From Mytilus californianus (lineage: Eukaryota), in NCBI RefSeq assembly GCF_021869535.1, contig NW_026262581.1:122202001-122266000 (forward strand): a stretch of DNA of 64,000 nucleotides, read 5' to 3'. Within the stretch, counting starts at the first letter, position 1, and each line of letters opens with the position of its first letter. Made by a program: the position numbers and the translations under genes. The notes below the pieces were generated by a model. The model did no database searches. It was not told the origin of the DNA and saw nothing but the letters and a program-made list of their open reading frames with translations. Positions 13,821-24,646 of this stretch are shown in pieces.

Positions 13821-16800
13821 CAATATATATGGTTCCTAGTGACTTGACTTGCAGACTTAAAGATAATCATTTAGTTTTGATAAGGTTGTTAAAACTGTTA
13901 TAAATACTAGTGACAGACTATGGAAAACATATTTGTATAGGAGTCAGGACTGTAGTTTATGTTTTGTCTCCTAAGGCAAAAATAGTTCGTCTGTTATAAG
14001 TGATTTATACAAAAGAGTTAGCAACTGGCAATATCAATAAAAAAATAAAGATGACCGAATTTTTAGAGAGAAGACAAGCATAAAATTGTTTATGGGGATT
14101 TTTTTTCTCCAAAATTACATGAATATAAATTCTAAATTCAAAAGTAGCAGTTGGGCTTAGTGTTTCTTAGAATGATTAAAAAACAATTTAAACTGATGTC
14201 TGTATCATTTGTTCTCTTTTAAATATGTCACAAGAAAGAAACTGTTGGGCACTTTATAGAACTCCTATGTTCTAAAACAATTCAATCATTGCCAATCACG
14301 GTAACTTATTTTTCAAAGTTGTGGGATAGGTGCAATAGAATGAGAATGAATAATTGTAGTAGCTTTCACTTAATTTTTGTTTTGTTTACAAAAGCATAAA
14401 CTATGTTTTGATTCTTACTGTATTGATCAATCACTTTAATGTCTAGAAAATTAATTTCAATTGACAGAGAATTTGAATTTACTTTTTTCTGATGTGTGAA
14501 CTTTCTTGTATGACATTAAACGATTACTCAAAACCACAAAAAGTACCAGGCTGAGTATTCTGCACAGTAACATGCTTTGATATTTAGTGGTTGTACCTTT
14601 GCCCTGTTTTGATTATCTGACTACCAAGCATGTATAGTTGTATACATATTATATACTTACTTCTATTGCAGTATATATTAGTAATTTAGTAAGATGCAAA
14701 CTATGGAGGGCCTTATCTATAAAATATTAAATACAATATAAGGTGAAATAATGTTTGAGCTCAACCTAAAAAAACTGTGGCTTTTTTGTTAAGATTTAAC
14801 ATTAATTTTAGTTTTAAGGTTAAACAAATTAATTTAACTAAATTGTTTTTTTGTGCAATGTTTTATGTCTGTGATCATTCCAATTTGTAATTTTGTAATA
14901 AAAGTGAAAAGTAACTACATATTTTTCTCTAATGTGTTCTTTTTCAGTATCTTACATGTTTAGCATATGTGTTTGATTTGACTTTGGAATGATATAATGG
15001 ATGACGCATGCGTTATAAGAATAACTGGAGATGCTTATCATGTTGACATTGTTATTGTGAAGAACCCTAGAGGCTTTGCCTTATCAGAGTACCAATAGAC
15101 CATGGATAGAGAAAGGTTGTTAGTATGGAACAAGTCCAATGCAATGATAATATTCTTAATATCCAATTCTAATTGTTGATTACCCGTTTCCTGAGGATTA
15201 ATGAAACTGATGGTTAATATACCTTTTTTTATATTTTTGGAAAAGAAAGCTGCAAAAATAATTTTGTTAAGACATGTAATTATTTTGAGAAAATATTAAA
15301 TACATGATATGAAAAGGAGATTACCTTAGTCATGTTCAACATCATGGTTTGATATTATTGATTTTGCTGTAAAATTATTTCCCTTCTATATCCTTAATTT
15401 TCTAATCATGTAGGGAGATATATTGTTTAAGTGGTATTACTTTTTCTTGTTATTGTTCTCATACACCTTGTCTGTGTCAAGACACCTTTATTTTTTGACA
15501 TTTACTTGTAATACTTGGCATGAAGGTGTATTACCATATGAAAGTGTGTCAGTCACATCTCATCATGTCCTTCATTTGACCTTTACCATTGACCTGATGG
15601 TTAAAAAAACAAATTTGGGACATTTTCTTATACAAACCATAACTTTTTAATCAAGACCATGTGCCACATACCATTGAAGACGACCTCTGATCTAATCATT
15701 TGAATGTTTTTTACGAACATTTTCATCACTGCTCAAAACCATATATATTCTTGCTTGAAATGACAAGAACTTTTTTAGTGCATCTAATGGTAAGGACCTG
15801 GCAGAAATGCACCATACCTTTCATATAATAAATTGTAAAATATCTCTATAAAATGTTTTAGATCCCCACTCATTGACCACTTATTTTCATAATCATTATG
15901 ATAAGACCTTTCTAGTGCACTATAGATTTTGCTTTGGCTTCAGGGGACATGGTTCACCACTTTCATATCATTAATTATCAAATATCTTTAATTTAAAACT
16001 GTTAAGATCACCACCAATAGATTATATACATTCTTAATTGTCATGTCAAGACTTAACAGTTTCCTTAGCTTTACCATAGGGATGTTCTCTTCTTCATTTA
16101 TATCATAAATGGTTAAATATATAAAAATAATGTTCAGATCCCCACCCTAAACCAAATACATGTATATTCTAAATTGCCATGATTAGACCTTTCTTCTGCT
16201 AGATAGATTTTGTCCTGGAAGTGTTTGTCACACCCAACTTCTCTTCTCTTAAGGATGTACTTAGGTGAAATTAAAAAAATCTAGAATTTAAAATTGATAC
16301 TATAAGTCAGAAGAGCATTAGTTAAGGAACAAAATAAGCTAAATTATTGATAGTTTATGGAGCTCCTTTTCGAGATATTAATTTTTTTTAAATGGCGGGA
16401 AACGGCTGACTCGGACTTTTACCTTATATTTGCATTGGTATTATTTGGGTCTCAAATCAAAAGAAAAGAAATCTAGAATGCTTAAATTTTGGTAAATAAC
16501 CTTTTATGAGCTATTGAAGTCTTGTATGAAAAGAAAAATGGGTGTTATGGGGCAAAATACTTTACCCTGTATTGTAGGAAAAAAACCAAGGAGTCCAACA
16601 TCTGACACAAATTCCTAAACCTGACCTAAGTACATCCTTAAACTGCTGTTGAATATATAGAAAAAAAACAGAAAAAATCCTCACCAATTTACCATGTGTA
16701 GTCTTAATTGCCATGACAATACCTTTCCAGTATTGGAGTACTAGAATTTGTTTGTTGAGCTTTCCTTTACAGGAATGACTTGTATAGATGAAGGGAGACA

Positions 16801-17512
16801 TATATTTAGTCCACTAAAACAATTCCACTTTAATATTTTAGAAAACATATTTAAATAAAGAAAAAATACAATATTTGTTTTGTTAGAAAACTAAGCAATA
16901 CTTTATTGCTATACCTTTAACATTGTCTGTAATTTCTGTCTGTTATTTATCCATTCTCAATGACATTATGAAGAAATATAATTACAGTATAGTTTTTGGT
17001 AAAGTTTTCCTGATCAGATTATCTTTTTAGTTACTAAGAGTAAAAGGTGAACTATATTTGGTCAATGGAATCTTTGTAAAGTGTTGATACGAATATAAGA
17101 ATATTTACAGACAAAAGACATGCAGTCTTCAACAATAGAAATGTTCCTACCATATGTCAAGCTCTAAATAATATCAAAGATCTGCCATTAACACAGAATT
17201 CCCAAAACCATGTTTAATATTTAGACATAACATACCCTTAGTAAGTTTGATCCAAGTAGCAACAACTTGATCTCTAGATTTTCAAAATACAATGTACTAT
17301 TCGGTCATTGTCGATTACACAGGTGAGTTATTTCCAATACGTTCAAGTGTTCGTTCTGGTATGGATTTGTGTCTTCCAAATGATTGTAGTTAAAGGAGTC
17401 TTATATGTCTTTTGATTCCTTGTCCGAATTTGGCTATACTTTAGGTTCTTTTTGGTTTTATCAGCTCTGCAACGTTTGTATTAGGTTTTGGATTTACAAA
17501 TATTGTGGCCTC

Positions 17513-17560
17513 GAGCGTTACTGAAGAGACATTAATTGTTGAAATGTGCATTTGATGCAG
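17513..17560 (+). ncRNA. Minimal type I hammerhead ribozyme remnant
   Basis: Stem I GCGTTA/TGATGC, core CTGAAGA (17521-17527), stem II GAC-ATTAATT-GTT, GAAA (17541-17544), near-palindromic stem III TGTGCA, then the UH site TT. Confidence 0.6.
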
Positions 17561-17786
17561 TAAAATTTGTTCCGTTTATATTATTGATGCAAAACCATCT
17601 TCAACTGTCATATACCTAGGAGATTTGACGGTGTAAATTATGCTCAACCACACCATTTTGAAGAAACTGTGACAAAGTGTACCTCGTCAGGAATATAAGT
17701 TGGTCTCTACTTAGTGTTCTGATAGTCTTGTATTTCTATATTTTATCTCTCATGTACTCTTGAACTGTGGAGTTTTATTGGATTAT

Positions 17787-18285
17787 TAGTTTACTTCTTC
17801 TTCCCAATGTACATTAGTTTACTTCTTCTTCTCAATGTACATTAGTTTACTTCTTCTTCCCAATGTACATTAGTTTACTTCTTCTTAAGGAATGACTGTA
17901 ATATTTTTTCTGTCTATGAAGAAATAACATCAAAAATGTGGTGCACACTGAATAACCCACGTAGCGGGTTATTTTAAAGTGTGCACCACATTTTTTATGT
18001 TATTTCGAATAGACAGAAAAAATATTACAGTCATTCCTTATAATTTAATTCAAAATTCCGTTTTAAGCCGGGGTAAATCATGACAAAACGTTCATGACGT
18101 CACCGTCACATGACAAAATTATGTCTATGAGCTGATAGACAAAACACTGTCAGCCAATCAGATGACGCGTTACATCCAAAATTAAATTATTTCCCAATGT
18201 ACATTAGTTTACTTCTTCTTCCCAATGTACGTTAGTTTACTTTTTCTTCCCAATGTACATTAGTTTACTTTTTCTTCCCAATGTT
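17787..18285. repeat. 28-bp minisatellite (ATTAGTTTACTTCTTCTTCCCAATGTAC) split by an insertion
   Basis: About 3.6 units lie before 17887 and about 3.3 units after 18190. The interrupted unit rejoins across the insertion with TT on both sides. Confidence 0.9.
17887..18190. mobile_element. 304-bp non-autonomous element: 153-bp hairpin module plus a module with short inverted ends
   Basis: AAGGAATGACTGTAATATTTTTTCTGTCTAT... (17887) pairs with ...ATAGACAGAAAAAATATTACAGTCATTCCTT (18039). ATAATTTAATT (18040-18050) is inverted to AATTAAATTAT (18180-18190). The insertion into the minisatellite is clean. Confidence 0.85.
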
Positions 18286-18572
18286 ACTATGTAAGCTTGG
18301 GCTAAGGAGACGGTAAGCAACATCGAATTCAAATCAAAAAGACCATCAGTGGTAGACATGCGAACTTAACACATGTTAAGCACTAACAGTGACACAATGG
18401 GAGTAATGAAAATAATTTGTGGAAGTAAAAAACCTGAGGAAAGAGTTAAAGGACAAACACTAGTCCATATATATAGAACACTATACAGAAATCTTAACAT
18501 TGAGCAACACTAACCACATTTAAAATCCATTGGTATGTCAATTATGAATCATATTAAAACGAGTCAAAATAG

Positions 18573-18674
18573 GATGGATTGTGGTGGTCATTTGTCACAC
18601 TAACGTTCTGTAGCGATGGTGTGATGAATTGTGGTGGTCATTTGTCACTCTAACGTTCTGTCGCGATGGTGTGA
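18573..18674. repeat. Direct tandem duplication, 2 x 50 bp
   Basis: GATG(G/A)ATTGTGGTGGTCATTTGTCAC.CTAACGTTCTGT.GCGATGGTGT occurs at 18573 and 18623. Confidence 0.85.
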
Positions 18675-19113
18675 AGCCTTAGTTCAGTAGTTTCCTTGTA
18701 AGCAACAAACCTCTATCAAGAAATTCACGATAGGAAACATTAGCTATGGAATATCGTAGAAAAAAGTAAGAAGATACCAAGGGGCAATCACAAACCACAT
18801 GTTGAAGAAAGCAGACATTAACATGAAAAAGAAAAAGACAGATAACAGTCCACAATCACAACACAAAAAATTAAATTGGGCAACCCGAATACCACAAAAA
18901 TATAGAGCCACCTCAGATTATCATGATACTGATACCTTCGTGTTACTTATTATAATAGAAGTAAACACCCTGAGATAAGTTTACATACGGATGATTTTAT
19001 GAAAGAGGAAAGGATAAAGGAATGATAACCTTTGCTTCAATAGTTTTTGTTTCAAGTAGTAATCTTTTATGATGATATGATAGTGAACGCAAGCCCTACA
19101 TATAGATTATAAC

Positions 19114-19235
19114 ATGGCATTTTTCATATCCGACCCCTTATCAGCCCTAGGTCACGATATCAGCCCGAGAGCCGACAGGCTCGAGGGATGATTTTGACTT
19201 TGGGCTGATAAGGGGTCTGATATGAAAAATGACAT
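19114..19235. repeat. Near-perfect hairpin (foldback element end) upstream of the cGLR gene
   Basis: ATGGCATTTTTCATATCCGACCCCTTATCAGCCC pairs with GGGCTGATAAGGGGTCTGATATGAAAAATGACAT. Architecture resembles the 6992-7110 hairpin. Confidence 0.85.
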
Positions 19236-19702
19236 TTTATGTTCTTTTTATCAGAGACATATAATACAATTATGTCTCTGTTTTTATCATATACTTCAGC
19301 AGAAGCCATACAGACAAGGAAAACTTGTATTAATATTTGTTTTGCATTTTTTAATAATATATTTTCCTGTTTCCTAATATTCGTTCTTTTATTCTACTTA
19401 GTTATTATCACTAAAATGTACCACTGAGGTTTATTTTCCGCAATTTGCAGAATGACGTCGAAATACTTTGCGATAACGTTAAAGAAAGGCATGAGATAAT
19501 TACCGGAAGCAGTTGATATATACCGGAAGCAGTTGATAGCTAAGACAATTCTTCAAATTTAATGAATAAATATATGTATAAATAAGTTTTATCAAGGGGT
19601 TCAATTATACTATTATTTTCTACAAGTATATGATAAAATATTATATCAACTGGATGATATATAAAACAACCCAACTCCACACAGGTGGTATTACATAAAA
19701 TT

Positions 19703-19729
19703 GGAAAGTCCACCATGCGAAAATTGAAG
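19703..19729. promoter_or_regulatory. Candidate NF-kB-like site next to an IRF-like site upstream of the cGLR
   Basis: GGAAAGTCCA (19703-19712); its reverse complement TGGACTTTCC is one mismatch from the canonical kB site GGGACTTTCC. It is followed by GCGAAAATTGAAGT. Motif match only. Confidence 0.25.
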
Positions 19730-20440
19730 TCATCTAAGTCACCACAATTTTTAGATCGTCAAACAACCTTTATGTTTATCATTAGTTGTGCATTTGAAAA
19801 TTTTGTACAATCTCAATTCTTTATCCTAATAGTTTCTAATAAAAGAAAATAGATAATTTAGAAGCATTTGTAACAACACGAAGCATGTAAAGATTTCATA
19901 CACATAAAAAAAAGTACTTGTAAAAAAATATCGTATTGCGGGTTTTAAATGAACTTGGTTCACTGGGTTTAACTATATCAAGATTATGATGATTTTATAA
20001 AGAGTGCTAGAGTTTGATATTGCAAAAGGTATGTCTTTTTCTAATTTTTTATTCGAACTCATACTTATCGCTCACACTAGAATGATATTGAAACAAAGGT
20101 TTCGGTGAAAAAGAAATATACATTTCTGTTATTTTTTTTACTTCCGCCTGTTTTTCTTACAGGTTAAAACTTGCTAATACTTATTTGTTTGGATTCGTAT
20201 ATGTATTTATTTTTTTCTACTTTATGTGCTGCAGACTTATCTGTTGAATTTATTAAATAAAATGGAAATGTCTTTAAGATGATTAAGAGGAAAAGAATTA
20301 ATAGGAGAGGAAAATTTTAATTGGCTGTTAGACATATTTGATTTAGAGGAATGCTGCCAAAGTTCGTAATAGAAGTATAATACATACTCGGTAATACTAC
20401 TTTTTCTATGAATAGAATATTTTGTTTGTATACTTTTAGT

Positions 20441-21538
20441 ATGGCTGAAGGTTTTACTTATGTTCCAGAGATAGAATTATGGAAAAGTTTGAATGTGTTT
20501 TATACTTCATACGGACATCTTACCAGATCAAAAGTTTTGCCTGAAGTTGTAGAAACTGCTTACGCTATTCTACAAAAAATACAAGAAACAAGTGAAATGT
20601 TTAAAGGCGAAGTGGTAAAAGTTGGAAGTTCAGCTTCTAAGGTGTCAGCAATGTTTGATGACGAAAGTGACGTATTATTTCCTATCTATATTGAAGGACA
20701 AATTGAAGCGACTGAGGATCCGGAATATGTCAAGTTTAAATTACCGAAGCGCTGTGTGAAAATTTGGGAAATCTGTTCTGATAATGAATATTTAAGCCCA
20801 AGTAAATTTTCTAATCACTTTTATGATTTGGTAAACGATTGTTTAGAAAAACTGAAACCGGATGGTAAGATCGAATTAGAAGGAAAGGGCACAGTTGCAG
20901 CAACTCTAAACTGTTGCCATGAAAAGTTCGATTTTTCTGTTGATTTAGTTCCTGCAGTTAGATGCAAACCATGGAGTACAAATCCATATTGGATGACTGA
21001 CAAAACAAGGCAGTGGCCTCCGAGAGATATACTGGCTTCTTTTATTGGAAGGGGTACAGAGCTAGTTTCAAAGTCATCTAGAGGTGGTGGAAATAATTGG
21101 CGTTTGTCGTTTTCCCATGCTGAAACGGAGCTAGTTACAAATGCAACTTTAATATTCCCAACATTTGGAAAGCTCTTGATTATTTGGAAAACGCTACGAA
21201 AGCTTTATTTCTCACCACAAAGTAGACATTGTACAATATTATTTAAGTCTTACCATCTTAAGATATTATTATTACACGAGGCAATAGATAACCCGGACAA
21301 AGAAGCATGGGAAAACCAGAACCTTGCTCTTAGATTTAAGTTGTCTTTGGAACGTCTGCGACAACATATAAAGGCAGGATTTTTACCTCACCTATTTATC
21401 CCCACAGTCAATCTGTTTTCCAATGGCACACCTCATTTCGTTTTGGACCATAAACTGTTTACAACTAGCGATTTGGCAGACGTCATGAGAAACATTCGAA
21501 AATTGGACAGAACGGACTTTTACCCCGGTGGATTTTAA
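20441..21538 (+). CDS. cGAS-like receptor (cGLR; Mab-21/cGAS-DncV-like nucleotidyltransferase), 365 aa, single coding exon
   Basis: Uninterrupted ORF with VGSS (G62-S63), DDESDVLF (E75, D77), SVDLVPA (D168), WRLSFSHAE, IIWKTL, KSYHLK and LPHLFIPTVNLF. A polypyrimidine tract and AG at 20438-20439 place the start at ATG 20441 rather than 20408. Confidence 0.9.
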   Translation: MAEGFTYVPEIELWKSLNVFYTSYGHLTRSKVLPEVVETAYAILQKIQETSEMFKGEVVKVGSSASKVSAMFDDESDVLFPIYIEGQIEATEDPEYVKFKLPKRCVKIWEICSDNEYLSPSKFSNHFYDLVNDCLEKLKPDGKIELEGKGTVAATLNCCHEKFDFSVDLVPAVRCKPWSTNPYWMTDKTRQWPPRDILASFIGRGTELVSKSSRGGGNNWRLSFSHAETELVTNATLIFPTFGKLLIIWKTLRKLYFSPQSRHCTILFKSYHLKILLLHEAIDNPDKEAWENQNLALRFKLSLERLRQHIKAGFLPHLFIPTVNLFSNGTPHFVLDHKLFTTSDLADVMRNIRKLDRTDFYPGGF

Positions 21539-22383
21539 AATGTTTTAAATGTGTTGCCGATTCTCATTTACCATGTCTAGATATTTGTACTCATCAGAAC
21601 TTAGTTGATTTTATGTTCTTGAAATTTTATCGGCATTTGTTATATTGCGCACACTTGAATAACTAAAGCTTTCACATAAAACGAATACTCATATCAATAT
21701 AAAATAATAAGATTTAAGGTGAATTTTAAATTAGAACTCAATCCAGTTTTACGAACTATAATAGATGCAAATATAATTATAACTTAAAACGTTATGTTGC
21801 ATTTTTCAGACAAGGATACAAGATCAAAATGTTATTTTTATGGCTTTATCATTTGTAGATACGCAGGTAAATTTTCAACTTTGCATGGATTCGCTCAATG
21901 AGTTATACAAATTCAATGATGGTGATGTGGACCTTGTCTTCATAAATATAGAATTTATCGCTTTGAAACCATGTTTAGGTGTGTAAAAGGGGTTTCAAAT
22001 TTTGATTTCTGCTTCAAGAAGTCAAATTTTCGGACCTTAAATGTAAGCAACTCTAGAATTTGTTGCGCTTGTTTTGTTGTCACAAACTTTGAGATTTTGC
22101 TTAATATAAGAGATGTTTCGACATGTCATTTTCTGACAAAAAATGTAGATGGTGATGTATTTAATCATGTGTTGTTCGCTCAAGGACCAAATTCTGAACC
22201 CGCAATTTTGAACTGATAGTATTTTTATTGTGAACTGACAACCTTTTTACATTTGCATTTAGGGGTGGTCTTTTCATAGAATTATTGTTTTACAACTACA
22301 TCGCTTCTGCATACAACATTTTGTTTGTAGAATGCAATGTCCAGCCTTTTAAAAAAACAGTCGAAATATATTAGAATATAGAA

Positions 22384-23910
22384 ATAAGAAGATGTGGTAT
22401 GATTGCCAATGAGACAACTCTCCACAAGAGACCAAATGACACAGAAATTAACAACGATAGGTCACCATACGGCCTTTAACAATGAGCAAACCCATACTGC
22501 ATAGTCAGATATAAAGGCCCCGAAATGACAAATGTAAAACAAACGAGAAAACTAACGGCCTAATTTATGTACAAAATAATGAACGAAAAACAAATCTGTT
22601 ACACAGCAACAAACGACACCCACTGAAATACAGGCTCCTGACTTGGGACAGGCACATACAGAATGTGGCGGGGGTAAACAAGTTTGAAGGCGCCAACCCT
22701 CCACATAACCTGGGACAGTGGTGTAACAGTACAACATAAGAACAAACTATAAAAATCAGTTGAAAAAGGCTTAACTCATCAAATGGATACAAATAGAAAT
22801 ACATCTACCAAAAACAGACAGTGGACGTGGCAGGGTACTTATACATTCCCACAACAAAAAGACACTAAGTACAGATCTGAGAATACTCGCAGTTACTGAC
22901 AGCTAGTTTAAAGCCAATAAAAACTTATAAAAAAAATCTTGCATCTAAGACTAAAATATCAATCAGTACACATCCAACATCCAATGGATTTAGTGTAAAG
23001 ACGTCGTTAACATGCAGCCAGAGAAAAACGTGACCTTGTGCAATGCCAAGATACAGGTATCGACAGGTTGTAGAGCCACAAATGTGCATATGTATATAAA
23101 AACAATATTTAGTTTGATTTTAATTTACCGATAACAAAATCAATATTAATACCAATAAAAACAATATTCAAAGATCAACAGTGTTGCATTGGTAACCTTT
23201 TAGAATAGTTTATTTAAAGGATCGATAAGTTTTCCCGGATCGTATATAAATCTCCAGGCTCGGTAAACAACATCTCCGTAAAAATTAGGATGTTCTATCC
23301 CGATTGAAATAAGTTTTCTACAGGTACAACCAAACTTCAAAACTAAATCTTTATATCTATGGAAGAATTTAGTAAAGGTTTTAAGTAATTTGTGGTAACG
23401 AAATTCCTGACTTAATAATTTACCAGCAATACATAGATTACGTTCATTGAAATCCAAAACGTCACAACATACACGGTAATAGCGAACGAGTTGTGATATA
23501 TAAACACCGTAAGATGTACCAAAGGAACATCACCGTCCAAAAAATGAAAATTAACAATAGGGAACGAAAAATCGTCCCTTTTATCGTAATTTTAGTGTAG
23601 AGTTTCCCCTGTAAAACTGAAATATCTAAATCTAGGAAAGGACAGTTATTACCGTTTATATTTGATTTATTTAAAGTAAGTTCTTTTCGGTAAATTTCGG
23701 GAGTATATTTAGAAAATTCTTGATTATTTAACGAAAAAATATCAAGATAACGGTAAGAGTTGTTGAATTTATCAATTAAATGCAATTTAGACGGGTCTTT
23801 ACTGAGTTTGGTCATAACAATACAAGAACAAGTCTGCTATTAAAGGGGGCGCAATTGGTGCCTAAAGGAATACCCCCAACCTGTCGATAAACTTTATTGC
23901 TGAAACGTAC
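22384..23910 (-). mobile_element. 5'-truncated, decayed Penelope-like retroelement (RT core and thumb plus 3' terminal repeat)
   Basis: Minus-strand frames give VYRQVGGIPLGTNCAP, LIADLFLYCY, RYLD-IFSLNN (one catalytic Asp missing), CPFLDLDIS and MDFNERNLCIAGKLLSQEFRYHKLLKTFTKFFHRY, with frameshifts. 22384-22720 matches the dispersed repeat seen elsewhere in the window. Confidence 0.8.
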
Positions 23911-24646
23911 ATCAGGCAGTTTGTCGTTTCAGAAGTGTTTTTGCTCTTGAATAATATCTTGATATTTCTTTAAAAATAAAAGTTTACAAATAAGAACAAT
24001 TCACTTCGGCTATGAATATAAGTCGTCTTTTTTGAGAGGTTTAATTGGTTAAAATAGCACAACCATGCAATGAGCTTACATCATAAGCTTCTCTCTATAA
24101 AAACACACTTTTAATGTTCTTCTTGGGGATTCCATTACATTCTTATATATAATTTATGCATGTCTAGACCAATTTGGTAAAACAAGGTATTTGTGTGCAT
24201 GCATGCATATGATGAGGATTAAATGTTTATCTTATTGATTTATGGTTTCTTGATTTTTTTTAGCGGCAACAATGCTATGCATTTAAATGGTCATTACGAT
24301 TCTTTGTATGTCATGTATGTCATGTAAATATTCGAATGATGTGTCCTGTGTAGCTATGATACCAACTATAAGTTAGTTACAACCTAAATATTCCAGGTGT
24401 CTTAATTATCTCTCTTTAAATGGTTCATAATATGTGTCTCTGTTCATATACCAATATATCATAATTTGCACATATGAACTATATACAACCACCAAAAGGC
24501 ACATTGACTACATAATCAAATAGAGAATGGAAACGGGGAATGTGTCAAAGAGACAACAACCCGACCAAAGAGCAGAAAACAGCCCAAGGCCAACATATGA
24601 ATAAAATCAGGAGTTGCTTATACAATAAGAAGGCAGGCCAACTACA

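Noticed and set aside
20408-20440. ORF-track start MNRIFCLYTFS for the cGLR
   Set aside because: This segment is a pyrimidine-rich acceptor ending in TTTTAG and is most likely intron. ATG 20441 is preferred.
20441-23910. cGLR as a retrocopy mobilised by the neighbouring Penelope-like element
   Set aside because: No poly(A) tail or TSD, an acceptor before the ATG suggests a 5'UTR intron, the element is on the opposite strand, and single-exon ORFs are common among cGLRs.
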